Part shown: one piece after another, positions 9,569 through 19,305 of the stretch | Layout of the letters: each line of letters opens with the position of its first letter | Position numbering within the stretch: the stretch's first letter is position 1 | Assembly (NCBI GenBank): GCA_051003195.1 | Contig: JBPCLP010000024.1 | Coordinates: 92,704-156,703 of the forward strand | Origin: Candidatus Sumerlaeaceae bacterium | GTDB lineage: Bacteria > Sumerlaeota > Sumerlaeia > Sumerlaeales > Sumerlaeaceae | Direction of reading: 5' to 3' | Length of the DNA stretch: 64,000 nucleotides | The notes under the pieces: model-generated | The model's database searches: none | Told to the model about the DNA's origin: nothing | Seen by the model: only the letters and a program-made list of their open reading frames with translations | Program-made: the position numbers and the translations under genes

Positions 9569-10975
9569 ATGAGCGAAACAACTTTCGATGCGATAGTAAT
9601 CGGCGCCGGACCGGGCGGCTACGTCGCGGCTATACGCGCAGCACAACTCGGCTTCAAAACTGCAATTATCGACAAACGCAAAGCCCTTGGCGGAACGTGC
9701 CTCAACGTCGGGTGCATCCCCAGCAAGGCATTGCTGGATAGCAGTGAACTGTATGCGCTTGCGACCCATTCATTTGCGGTACATGGAATTGAAGTCGCGA
9801 ATGTCGGGCTGAACATTCCGGCGATGATTGCGCGAAAGAACAAGGTTGTAGACGAGCTCACGCGCGGTGTGGCGGGGCTCATGAAGAAAAATAAAATCAC
9901 CGTTTTCAACGGCGCTGGCAGTCTTGCGGGCGGGATGAAAGTGAATCTGCAGACTGACAGTGGAGCCCAGGAATTGACCGCGTCTAAAAACATCCTGATC
10001 GCCAGCGGCTCTGTGGCAACCCAACTGCCGTTTGCAAAATGTGACGGTGACAAGATCGTCAGCTCAACCGAGGCTTTGGACTTTAAAGAAGTACCAGCGC
10101 ACCTCGTGGTTGTCGGCGGCGGCTATATTGGGTTGGAGCTTGGCAGCGTGTGGAGGCGACTGGGGTCCCAGGTCACCGTAGTCGAAATGTTGCCGAAGAT
10201 CGTTCCCTTCATGGATCAGGATGCAGGCGATGCGCTCTTCAAAAGTTTGCAGCGGCAGGGCCTGATCTTTCTGATGGAGACGAAGGTCAACGGCATCGAT
10301 ACTGCAGCCGCGCGTCCTGTCATCAGTGTAACAACCCCTGATGGCAAAGAGCAGAAGATCGAATGCGACAAGGTTCTGGTCTCCATTGGACGTAGCCCAT
10401 ATACCGACGGCCTGGGGCTCAATAATGCGGGTGTGCAACTGGACGATCGCAAACGAATCAAAGTAGATGAGCACTTCCAGACAAGCGCACCCGGGATCAG
10501 TGCCATCGGCGATGTAATTCCCGGTCCCATGCTTGCGCACAAGGCTGAGGAAGAGGGCGTTGCGTGGGCCGAACTGCTCGCTGGCAAACCCGGGCACGTA
10601 AACTACGACGCAATTCCTTCTGTGGTATACACATGGCCGGAAGCTTCCAGTGTCGGACTGACAGAAGCGCAGGCGCGCGAGCGTTACGGCGACGAGATCC
10701 AGATTGGAAAATTCGCATTTGTTGCAAACGGCCGCGCCAAGGCCATGAACGAGCGCGAGGGATTTGTAAAGGTGATCGCCGGCCCCAAAGACCGACTTCT
10801 CGGCGTTCACATTTTCGGGCCGCGTGCCTCGGATATGATAGCGGAAGCCGTGGCCGTTATTGAGTTTGGCGGCACCGCCGAAGATATCGCCAGGACATGC
10901 CACGCCCATCCCACATTAAGCGAGGCCCTCAAAGAAGCTGCACTTGCTGCCGATGGCCGGGTCATCCATAGCTGA
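9569..10975 (+). CDS. lpdA: Dihydrolipoyl dehydrogenase
   Basis: GAGPGGY, GGTCLNVGCIPSK, GGGYIGLE, C-terminal HPTLSE. Confidence 0.96.
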   Translation: MSETTFDAIVIGAGPGGYVAAIRAAQLGFKTAIIDKRKALGGTCLNVGCIPSKALLDSSELYALATHSFAVHGIEVANVGLNIPAMIARKNKVVDELTRGVAGLMKKNKITVFNGAGSLAGGMKVNLQTDSGAQELTASKNILIASGSVATQLPFAKCDGDKIVSSTEALDFKEVPAHLVVVGGGYIGLELGSVWRRLGSQVTVVEMLPKIVPFMDQDAGDALFKSLQRQGLIFLMETKVNGIDTAAARPVISVTTPDGKEQKIECDKVLVSIGRSPYTDGLGLNNAGVQLDDRKRIKVDEHFQTSAPGISAIGDVIPGPMLAHKAEEEGVAWAELLAGKPGHVNYDAIPSVVYTWPEASSVGLTEAQARERYGDEIQIGKFAFVANGRAKAMNEREGFVKVIAGPKDRLLGVHIFGPRASDMIAEAVAVIEFGGTAEDIARTCHAHPTLSEALKEAALAADGRVIHS

Positions 10976-11037
10976 CGATTGCCCAGGCACAGTTGAATCC
11001 TTGCATTGCCCCGTAGCCGTCGCCACTTGATGCGCAG

Positions 11038-12333
11038 ATGATACTTACACTAATCGGCATCCTCATCCTGCTGAACGGCGTTTTCTCCATGGCCGAGACT
11101 GCAGTAGTTTCTGCGCGCAAAACTCGCCTGCAGAAAGATGCCGAAGACGGCAATACACGCGCCAGGAGCGCCCTGCGTTTAGCCATGAAGCCGAATCGGT
11201 TTCTTGCAACCGTACAAATTGGAATCACGGCGATTGGAATACTTTCTGGTGCCCTCGGCGAAGCAACCATCGCGCAGGATCTGCAGGTGTGGCTGCATGC
11301 CTTTCCAGTGATCGCAAACTATGCAGCCGGGCTCAGTCTCGCAATGGTCGGCATCGCCCTCACACTTGTCTCAATTCTCTTCGGAGAGTTGCTGCCCAAA
11401 CGCATTGCTTTAATGTATCCGGAAGCCATTGCGAAAACCGTCGCTACTCCCATGAGGTGGCTTTCCCGTGGCGCCGCCCCAATTGTTGGCCTGCTGGATT
11501 TCCTGACAAGCGCGATCATCCGCCTGCTTGGAATACGCGCGAACAGCGCTCCCCCTGTTACACAGGAAGAGCTGAAAGTTCTGATTAAGCAGGGCGCCGA
11601 CGCAGGCGTTTTTGAGAAGACCGAAACCGATATTGTAACCAACGTCCTGCGCCTCGCGGATCGTCGTGCAAGCATGCTCATGACACCGCGCACCGACATC
11701 ACCTGGATTGACCTTAACGAAACCGAGGACGAAGTTCGCACAAAAATGATCGGCAATCCACACGCGTTCTTTCCGGTCGCGCAAGGGAACCTCGATCACA
11801 TCGTCGGTATACTGGCGGCCAAAGACTGCCTTGCGCGTGTGCTGGCCGGCGACCCCATAGATGTGGACGACATGATGCATAAGCCGCTGATCGTTCCAGA
11901 AAGTGTATCGTCGCTACAGCTGCTTGAAAGTTTTCGTGAAAGTCCGGCGCAGATCGCCTTGATTGCAGATGAGTACGGCTCCATTCTCGGTCTTGTCACA
12001 CAGAATGACATGCTTCAGTCGATCGTGGGAGACCTTCCTTCGTCCGAAGGTGATGCAGAGCCTGAAGCGGTACGCCGCGAAGACGGATCGTGGCTCATCA
12101 GCGGAAGCATGCCTGCCGATGAGTTTCGCGAATTGTTCCGGCTGGGCGAGTTGCCGCAGGATAGTCACTACGACACGGTCGGAGGATTTGTCCTGTTGCA
12201 ACTTCAACGGATTCCATCAGTCGCGGATCACTTTATCTACAAAGGACTTCGATTTGAAATTGTCGACATGGACGGCAAAAGAATCGACAAAGTGCTTGTT
12301 TCCGAGTCCGTCGGGACAGAAGCGACGAAATGA
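11038..12333 (+). CDS. Hemolysin-family CNNM/CBS/CorC protein
   Basis: 'NGVFSMAETAVVS', 'GELLPKRIA', CBS pair, 'DEYG', CorC C-terminal domain. Confidence 0.9.
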   Translation: MILTLIGILILLNGVFSMAETAVVSARKTRLQKDAEDGNTRARSALRLAMKPNRFLATVQIGITAIGILSGALGEATIAQDLQVWLHAFPVIANYAAGLSLAMVGIALTLVSILFGELLPKRIALMYPEAIAKTVATPMRWLSRGAAPIVGLLDFLTSAIIRLLGIRANSAPPVTQEELKVLIKQGADAGVFEKTETDIVTNVLRLADRRASMLMTPRTDITWIDLNETEDEVRTKMIGNPHAFFPVAQGNLDHIVGILAAKDCLARVLAGDPIDVDDMMHKPLIVPESVSSLQLLESFRESPAQIALIADEYGSILGLVTQNDMLQSIVGDLPSSEGDAEPEAVRREDGSWLISGSMPADEFRELFRLGELPQDSHYDTVGGFVLLQLQRIPSVADHFIYKGLRFEIVDMDGKRIDKVLVSESVGTEATK

Positions 12334-12351
12334 AATGTGCAGGCGGTGCAG

Positions 12352-12960
12352 ATGACCAGTTCCAGTAGTTCCATAGCTGTTCCCGCTGAAGATTCATTAG
12401 CTGTCTGCTCCAACGCCGGAGCGCTCCTGAACGGACATTTCCAGCTTAGCTCCGGGCTGCATAGCTCCCAGTACTTCCAATGCGCAAAATTGCTCGAGGA
12501 CCCTAAGACTGGTGAACTGGTGACCCGGGCTCTTGCTCCAATTTGTGCCAGGTGGAAGCCGCATACCGTGTTGTCCCCGGCATTAGGGGCAATCCTGTTC
12601 GGGTACGAACTTTCCCGGGCGCTGGGATGCAGAAACATTTTTTCGGAAAGGCCTGCTGGCAAGTTCGAATTAAGGCGTGGCTTCGAACTCGTGCCCGGCG
12701 AACGCGTAGTGTTGGCGGAAAACGTAGTGACCACCGGCGGGAGTGTTCTCGAAGTTGCGCAACTCGTGCGCGATCTCGGGGCTGAGGTCGTCGGATACGC
12801 GGTCATTGTAGACCGCAGCGGTGGCAAATTCGCGCCCCCCGAGCCCGTTGCCGCCTATGCGTCCTTTACTGCTGAAGCTTATCCTCCATCGCAATGCCCC
12901 TTTTGCGCATCCGGATCACCACTGAACAAGCCGGGAAGCCGGCAGTTTCTTGCACCCTGA
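12352..12960 (+). CDS. pyrE: Orotate phosphoribosyltransferase
   Basis: 'GHFQLSSGLHSSQY', PRPP loop 'VVLAENVVTTGGS', 'VDRS'. Confidence 0.88.
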   Translation: MTSSSSSIAVPAEDSLAVCSNAGALLNGHFQLSSGLHSSQYFQCAKLLEDPKTGELVTRALAPICARWKPHTVLSPALGAILFGYELSRALGCRNIFSERPAGKFELRRGFELVPGERVVLAENVVTTGGSVLEVAQLVRDLGAEVVGYAVIVDRSGGKFAPPEPVAAYASFTAEAYPPSQCPFCASGSPLNKPGSRQFLAP

Positions 12961-13029
12961 GGCATCGCAGACGTAATGCGGAAAAATGGAAATAAGGTTT
13001 AATTATCAGAAGGCAATTGGAGAAGCCTG

Positions 13030-13995
13030 ATGGCAGAACGTAGTCCCGCGGTCATAAACGTACAGGACCTGGTCGTAGAATATAAAACCGGCCGGCAGCG
13101 AGTGCGTGCAGTCGACGGTATTACTTTCCAGGTGCAGCCCGGGGAATGCGTGGGCTTTATTGGTGCAAACGGCGCAGGCAAATCTTCCACCATCAAGACC
13201 ATGATGGGCTTTATGTTCCCGGCGCGAGGATCGGTTCAGATATTCGGCAGCCCCGCGGGGACAGTCGAGAGTCGCCGTCGCCTCGGATATTTGCCCGAAG
13301 TTGCGCTCTACTACCCATTTATGAAAGCCCGCGAGTTGTTGGAACTTTATGGGGGGTTGCACGGTCTCTCCCGTGCAGACTTAAAAGTGCGCATTCCCGC
13401 TTTGCTCGAAGAAGTCGGGCTTAAGGACAAAGGCGAGTTGCTCTTGAAAAACATTTCCAAGGGTATGCAGCAGCGCGTCGGCATTGCACAGGCCATCATA
13501 GCAGATCCGGAAGCCATGATCTTTGACGAGCTATCCAGCGGGCTGGACCCCGTCGGGCGGTTCGACCTGCGCGAAGTTCTTCTGAAGCTCAAAGCGCGTG
13601 GCCGTACTATCTTCTTCAGTTCGCACGAACTGTCTGAGGTCGAATCGTTGTGCGACCGTGTCATCATGATTCACCAGGGCCGTATCATATCCCAGGCAAC
13701 CGTTCCAGAACTTATGAAGCCTCTGAACGAATTCGAAATTGCTTACCGATTACCCGCAGGCGTCGCACAGCCAGCCGGGCTTTCTAAATTCTCGCCTGAG
13801 CCAGACGGAGATCAGCATCGGCTGCGTCTAAAAAACGTGCAGGACTACGCGCAAGCCATTGCAGCCCTTGCCTCAAGTGGTGCCACCGTGCTCAACACAT
13901 CCTCGCGAACACAGTCACTGGAAGATTACTTTATTTCGCTCGTCCGTTTGCAAACACGGTCCTCTGCTGGCGTGGACGGAGCTCTTCCGCATTGA
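13030..13995 (+). CDS. ABC transporter ATP-binding protein
   Basis: GANGAGKSS, ISKGMQQR, FDELSSGLD. Confidence 0.95.
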   Translation: MAERSPAVINVQDLVVEYKTGRQRVRAVDGITFQVQPGECVGFIGANGAGKSSTIKTMMGFMFPARGSVQIFGSPAGTVESRRRLGYLPEVALYYPFMKARELLELYGGLHGLSRADLKVRIPALLEEVGLKDKGELLLKNISKGMQQRVGIAQAIIADPEAMIFDELSSGLDPVGRFDLREVLLKLKARGRTIFFSSHELSEVESLCDRVIMIHQGRIISQATVPELMKPLNEFEIAYRLPAGVAQPAGLSKFSPEPDGDQHRLRLKNVQDYAQAIAALASSGATVLNTSSRTQSLEDYFISLVRLQTRSSAGVDGALPH

Positions 13996-14768
13996 CGAAA
14001 ACATGGCTGATCGCCCGCACCGTCCTCCTGGAAGCTATTCGCAGGAAAGAAGTATTCGCGATCGTGCTTGTCTCCGTTTTGCTCATCGGTTCTCTCATGA
14101 CAGTTAACTTCTTCAAGCTCGAGGGGCTCTCAAAGTTTTATCGCGAGATGGGCCTGAAAATCATGAGTATTGCGACTGCGCTTACAGTCGTGGTGCTTGC
14201 CGCTCGTCAGTTGCCCCGCGAGTTCGATGCGCGTACCATTTATCCGCTTCTCGCGAAGCCCGTCAGCCGATTCAATTTTCTCGTTGGCAAGATGGCAGGA
14301 GTTATGCTCGCCGCCGCATTCTGCCTTGGGCTTTTCATGATCGTGTTTGTTGTCGGTTCTTACTGGCTTCGCGGGTCCATTCACTGGGTGCTGCTCGCTC
14401 AGTTTATTTACCTTCAGATGCTCATGATGCTCATACTTGCCACACTAAGCTTCTGGCTTTCACTGCTGGTCAACCTGGATGCAGCAATCACGGTGGGTAT
14501 TATGTTTTACTTTATGTCCTCGGTCATTACTTCCGCGACCACTTATCTTTATGCCACGGCGACAGCATTCGGGCAGTTCGGTTTGCGTGTCCTGACATGG
14601 CTGTTGCCGCAGCTCACTCTTTTTGACCTGACCGAGAAAGTGGTACATTCCGAAGCGTGGGAACCGTTGAGTACCGGCATTCTTGCTCAGCTCACCGTCT
14701 ATGGATCTGTCTTTGCTCTGGTCTACCTCTCGCTCGCACTGCTCTGGTTCCGCAGGAGACCGCTCTGA
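13992..14768 (+). CDS. ABC-2 type permease 1
   Basis: 'LPREFDARTIYPLLAKPVSR', multiple TM helices; overlaps the ATPase stop. Confidence 0.85.
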   Translation: MTKTWLIARTVLLEAIRRKEVFAIVLVSVLLIGSLMTVNFFKLEGLSKFYREMGLKIMSIATALTVVVLAARQLPREFDARTIYPLLAKPVSRFNFLVGKMAGVMLAAAFCLGLFMIVFVVGSYWLRGSIHWVLLAQFIYLQMLMMLILATLSFWLSLLVNLDAAITVGIMFYFMSSVITSATTYLYATATAFGQFGLRVLTWLLPQLTLFDLTEKVVHSEAWEPLSTGILAQLTVYGSVFALVYLSLALLWFRRRPL

Positions 14769-15571
14769 TGTCACTCGCTGGCGCGCCCACCCATTCAGCT
14801 CCCCGTTCTGCTGTCGGCTTGTTAATCAACTCCGTCTTTCTCGAGAACATACGACGTCGTGAATTCTACGTACTCTTGCTTTTCATGGGATTGTTTTTGC
14901 TCGGTGCGATCGTGGTGCGAATCGTCGGGATTGAGAATGCCGCCACGGCTAATTTTCTGTTGAATCTCGGCCTCACGCTTGCATTCGGATTCGCTAAACT
15001 CATTACGCTGCTTACAGCCGCTCGGCAGTTCCCGGACGAAATGGAGCAGCGAACTTTGTATCCGCTGCTCGCCAAGCCCCTATCCCGAAGTGACTACATC
15101 ATTGGTAAATGGGCAGCCTCGGTGCTGACAGGTCTTGTCACACTTGCGGTTTTATTTCTCATGGCGTATATCCCGGTACCCAGGCTGGAACAATACTCCC
15201 CGACCTGCCTTTTGCAGATGCTACTTCTTGAGGTCACCTCCATTGCTATGCTTGCAGCGCTGGCAATCCTGTTCTCTCTCCTGTTGCCGAAAGCATTTAA
15301 TCTCGTCCTGTTGGTGCTGACCGTGCTCGCAGGTGGGCGTTTGCTCGCGCTTATACGAAATCGATTTATGGATTCGCCGGCTTATGACGTGGTTCGCTGG
15401 ATCACCGGCTATTTTCCCGATTTCAGTCGTCTTGATCTGCTGTTGCGATACACCGACGGCCTGCCCGCACTCAGCGCACCCGAGATGCTGCTGCGCATCT
15501 TCTATGCGGTCGCATTCACTGCCTTTCCCCTCGCCATCGCCGCCCGGCTTCTGCAAAGCAGGCCGCTGTGA
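14768..15571 (+). CDS. ABC-2 type permease 2
   Basis: 'FPDEMEQRTLYPLLAKPLSR', paralogous to permease 1; TGATG overlap. Confidence 0.85.
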   Translation: MSLAGAPTHSAPRSAVGLLINSVFLENIRRREFYVLLLFMGLFLLGAIVVRIVGIENAATANFLLNLGLTLAFGFAKLITLLTAARQFPDEMEQRTLYPLLAKPLSRSDYIIGKWAASVLTGLVTLAVLFLMAYIPVPRLEQYSPTCLLQMLLLEVTSIAMLAALAILFSLLLPKAFNLVLLVLTVLAGGRLLALIRNRFMDSPAYDVVRWITGYFPDFSRLDLLLRYTDGLPALSAPEMLLRIFYAVAFTAFPLAIAARLLQSRPL

Positions 15572-16734
15572 TGCCAAACTCACCGCGCCTTAACATGGGG
15601 CTGCTGCTCACCGGAGTCCTCTTCCTTGCGGTTCCGGCGACGACCTGGGTGCAGGGCGACTCGCTTGCTGCTGCAATGCCGCGCTCTGTAACTGCTCAGG
15701 CAATGCAACAGCGCAATCAAAGTGCTTTCGCTGTTATCCTGGGGGAGTTCCGAACAAATCTCAGCGATTTAATCTTTATCAAAACCGAGCGTTACCTGGA
15801 CAGCGGAATCGCATACGCGCCGCACATTGATGCCGGCGAATTGGAGAGATCGGGCAAAGCCGTGCATTCGAAGCACGACGAGCACGAAGAAGATGGTCAT
15901 GCTCACAAACATGAGGCTCACGAGCACGGGCAGAAATCCCACGCAGGGCATGCAAAACACGACCATGATTCAACACATAAGCACCACGAACACACTACCC
16001 ACGAAGAAGATGATGCTTCGACGGCGATCACGACCGACGACCACCAGACATCTCTGGATCAGCGTCTTGCTACTCCGCAGATGTCTGAGACCGCCCACAT
16101 CAAACCCGGGAGTGCAGTCTCGGAACCAGGCCACGAGTACGTTCCCACCATCATTATGACCGCCGATAAAGATTTCCGCGGTTTTCTGGGTAACCTCGAA
16201 AGAAACGTAAAGCCGTGGCGGCACCCCAGCGAAGGGCACAAGCACACCGCCGGCACCGAATTACTTCCCTGGTACCGCCTTGCCACCTACAGCAATCCTA
16301 ACAATGTTCGCATGTACATGATTGGCGCATGGTGGCTGAAAACACTCAAGCAGCGTCCGCAGGTTGAAGAAGCGCTGAAGTTTCTCGAGGAGGGCATTTC
16401 ACACAATCCCAATTCCTTCCAGCTTTACCTGATGCGTGGCTATATTCTGCGGCAGTTGGAACGGCACCAGGACGCCTTGAAATCTTTTCATACCGCTGTG
16501 GAAACAGGGCTGAAAACGCGTCCCGCGAATCCCGGTTCTGCGCCCATGACCTGGAACGACGACCTCGAAGAGGAACTACAAAGTGCCATGGTGATGGAAA
16601 TACTTAGCATTCGCGATTTTCAGAGCACGTCTTCCGCGCTCCAGGTTGCCCGCGATTACTCGGCAAAGTTTTCACCACCGAACTCTGTCAACCGTCTAAA
16701 ACACGAGCTGGAACAGCAATTACCCGGGAATTAA
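15568..16734 (+). CDS. Membrane-anchored TPR-like protein with His-rich insert (ABC accessory)
   Basis: N-terminal TM, long His/Glu-rich segment, 'EEALKFLEEGISHNPNSFQLY' TPR-like helix pair; overlaps the permease stop. Confidence 0.75.
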   Translation: MMPNSPRLNMGLLLTGVLFLAVPATTWVQGDSLAAAMPRSVTAQAMQQRNQSAFAVILGEFRTNLSDLIFIKTERYLDSGIAYAPHIDAGELERSGKAVHSKHDEHEEDGHAHKHEAHEHGQKSHAGHAKHDHDSTHKHHEHTTHEEDDASTAITTDDHQTSLDQRLATPQMSETAHIKPGSAVSEPGHEYVPTIIMTADKDFRGFLGNLERNVKPWRHPSEGHKHTAGTELLPWYRLATYSNPNNVRMYMIGAWWLKTLKQRPQVEEALKFLEEGISHNPNSFQLYLMRGYILRQLERHQDALKSFHTAVETGLKTRPANPGSAPMTWNDDLEEELQSAMVMEILSIRDFQSTSSALQVARDYSAKFSPPNSVNRLKHELEQQLPGN

Positions 16735-16741
16735 TCAGGCC

Positions 16742-16765
16742 GTAGGCCGGACTCTCAGCCCGGCA
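16742..16765. repeat. GTAG-type REP-like palindrome
   Basis: GTAG-GCCGG-actctcagc-CCGGC-A between convergent genes. Confidence 0.45.
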
Positions 16766-16815
16766 CAAACCACTTCATTAACAGCCTGATTGCTCAAACA
16801 TCCAACGCCCAAACG

Positions 16816-17178
16816 CTACACAGACATGTTTCCGCAGCGCGGGCATGTCATCAGTCCCTGCGTCGGCGCACCGCAAAGCTTGCAGCGCGCATCCGGCCCC
16901 GCGGATGTCGCGTGTTTTCGCAGCACCCGCTCCAGCTCCAGGTCGCGATCTTTAGTACGCGACAGCCACTGCCTCTTGATCTCGCCGGTTTCCGTCTGCG
17001 ATTTATCGTTCGCAATTACGCGTGCGAAGTGGTTTCGGTACTCGACGAGAAAAGCGGCCAGGTCGATCACATACTGTGTAAAGATTTCATCGTCTTTAAA
17101 CACGTTGGCATTTCGCTTCAGGATGTCCATCAGCTCTTCGCGCGTGTACTTTTGTTTGCCCTTCATAAAACCGCTCAT
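16816..17178 (-). CDS. Hypothetical helical protein with C-terminal CxxC-CxxC zinc ribbon
   Basis: 'CKLCG...CPRCG'; starts 4 nt after the hisB stop. Confidence 0.7.
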   Translation of the reverse strand: MSGFMKGKQKYTREELMDILKRNANVFKDDEIFTQYVIDLAAFLVEYRNHFARVIANDKSQTETGEIKRQWLSRTKDRDLELERVLRKHATSAGPDARCKLCGAPTQGLMTCPRCGNMSV

Positions 17179-17182
17179 TGCG

Positions 17183-17869
17183 CTAAAGCTTCCCCTTCGT
17201 CGAGAGCACGCCCTTGATGCGTGGATTCTTTGTAACAGCTTTGCCAAGAGCGCGACCAACCGCCTTGAACATAGCTTCCACAACGTGATGTAAATTCCCG
17301 CCGGCCGTCAGCAAAGCCAGGTGCATGGTAATGCCTGCATTGTATGCAAAAGCGCGGAAGAACTCCTCGGCAAGCTCCGCATCGAATTCGCCGATTTTTG
17401 CTTTCGGCAGTTGCGCATCGTAGCGCAGGAACGGTCGGTTGCACAGGTCCAGTACACACCTGGCCAGCGACTCCTCCATTGGTACGTACGCCTCACCATA
17501 TCTCTCTATGCCTGCGCGGTCACCCAGCGCGGCTTTCAGCGCCTGCCCGAGCACGATACCGACGTCCTCAACCGTGTGATGCGCGTCGATGTGGACATCG
17601 CCCGTTCCTTCGAGTTCCATATCGATCAACGAGTGCTTTGCCAGCAGGTCCAGCATATGGGCAAAGAATGGCACTGGGACAGAGCAACTGCACAAGCCGC
17701 TGCCATCCAGGTTGAGACGCACGCGAATCTGTGTTTCCTTCGTCTCCCGGCGCACATCTGCCTGCCGGGTGCCTGCATTAACGATGGGACTGCACTGCTT
17801 GTCCGGATTAGCAACAGCGCTTGCGCCGCGTTCAGCGGTTTTTATTAAGGTCTTGTTCGATTTCGGCAT
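17183..17869 (-). CDS. hisB: Imidazoleglycerol-phosphate dehydratase
   Basis: 'RETKETQI', 'DAHHTVEDVG', 'NLHHVVEAMFKA', C-terminal STKGKL. Confidence 0.95.
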   Translation of the reverse strand: MPKSNKTLIKTAERGASAVANPDKQCSPIVNAGTRQADVRRETKETQIRVRLNLDGSGLCSCSVPVPFFAHMLDLLAKHSLIDMELEGTGDVHIDAHHTVEDVGIVLGQALKAALGDRAGIERYGEAYVPMEESLARCVLDLCNRPFLRYDAQLPKAKIGEFDAELAEEFFRAFAYNAGITMHLALLTAGGNLHHVVEAMFKAVGRALGKAVTKNPRIKGVLSTKGKL

Positions 17870-18126
17870 CAGGTGGGCTTGTAAGTGTTTCCTCAAGCTC
17901 GCCGTTCTTCCCGTCACACGCAACCGAAAAAAGAATTTCCTCTACTTCGGCAGCCATTCCGCTGCCCGCTGCAACGTTGCCGCATGGGGCGGGTTGCTCG
18001 CAACAGCCCAGTCGTAGCTTGGTTTTCCTGGGTGTGTTCATGCGGGTACTCTCAGGCGACTTACATTCCACCTCAACATCCAAATGTTACTGGAAAGTCG
18101 TGATGGAACTGAAACGATGCGCGGCA

Positions 18127-19305
18127 ATGCAAGCCAAAGAACATCGTTTTGTCGAACTCGCAACGCTTTTCCTCAAGCTGGGCGTGATTGGATTCGGCGG
18201 TCCCGCAGCCCACATCAGCATGATGGAACACGAAGTTGTCCGCCGCCGGCAATGGATGACCAGCCAGGAATTTCTTGATGCGATCGGCGCCGCAAATCTC
18301 ATCCCGGGGCCTACATCTACGGAACTTGTTCTATATATTGGCTGGCTTCGGGCCGGCCTCCGCGGGTTGCTGGTTGCCGGTTTCTGTTTTATCACTCCCG
18401 CCGCGCTGCTGTCCATTCTGTTCGCTTACTTGTATGTGCGTTACGGCACCCTGCCTTCATTGCAGCCCGCGCTTCACGGTATCCAGGCAGCCGTGTTGGC
18501 CATCATTGCAGCTGCGGGCTGGCAGCTTGCACGCACCGCCGCACGAAATGTTTCATTAGTCGCAATTGGCTGTATCGTTGCCGCCGCTGCAGCATTCGGA
18601 CTCAGCGAAATCTGGGCGCTATTGATTGGCGGTATTTGCGGAATGCTGTGGCTGGCACTTCACACGAAGGCCGCCGCCTCTAAAGTAACCGGGGTGTTCG
18701 TTGCCGCCATGGTAATCATGAATCCCCGTACTCTCATTGCTGCGGCCACCGCATCCGCTGCATCCATCCCATTGCACGCGGCTGTCACGGTACCCCTGGT
18801 TAAGTTGTTCCTCTACTTCTTGATGGTCGGAAGTGTTCTGTATGGCAGCGGTTACGTGCTGATCGCGTTCCTGGAGGGCTGGCTGGTAAACGAGACTCAC
18901 CTGCTGACACGCCGGCAGCTTCTGGATGCTGTCGCCGTAGGTCAATTTACTCCCGGACCAGTTTCGACTACCGCAACCTTCATCGGGTATCTTCTATATC
19001 GCTGGTCGGGCGCTGTGGCATGCACGCTTGGTATTTTTCTGCCGTCATTTATCCTTGTCGGACTTCTGAGTCGCTACGTCCCAAAGCTGCGCAGCAGCTC
19101 CTGGACTTCTCACTTCCTGGATTCAATCAATGCGGGCGCGGTTGGCCTTATCCTGCTGGTGACCGCACGCCTTGGCTCGGAAAATATCACCAACTGGAGA
19201 CCCGCAGTTATCGCTCTCGCCAGCCTTACAGCTCTCCTCGCGTTTCGATTAAACGCAACATGGCTGGTACTCGGTGGAGCACTGATCGGCTATATCTGGC
19301 TATGA
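18127..19305 (+). CDS. chrA: Chromate transporter (CHR family, long chain)
   Basis: 'GFGGPAAHI', 'IPGPTST', 'YGSGYVLI', 'GQFTPGP'. Confidence 0.92.
   Translation: MQAKEHRFVELATLFLKLGVIGFGGPAAHISMMEHEVVRRRQWMTSQEFLDAIGAANLIPGPTSTELVLYIGWLRAGLRGLLVAGFCFITPAALLSILFAYLYVRYGTLPSLQPALHGIQAAVLAIIAAAGWQLARTAARNVSLVAIGCIVAAAAAFGLSEIWALLIGGICGMLWLALHTKAAASKVTGVFVAAMVIMNPRTLIAAATASAASIPLHAAVTVPLVKLFLYFLMVGSVLYGSGYVLIAFLEGWLVNETHLLTRRQLLDAVAVGQFTPGPVSTTATFIGYLLYRWSGAVACTLGIFLPSFILVGLLSRYVPKLRSSSWTSHFLDSINAGAVGLILLVTARLGSENITNWRPAVIALASLTALLAFRLNATWLVLGGALIGYIWL

Noticed and set aside
10064..10909. 281-aa minus-strand ORF
   Set aside because: Antisense shadow of lpdA.
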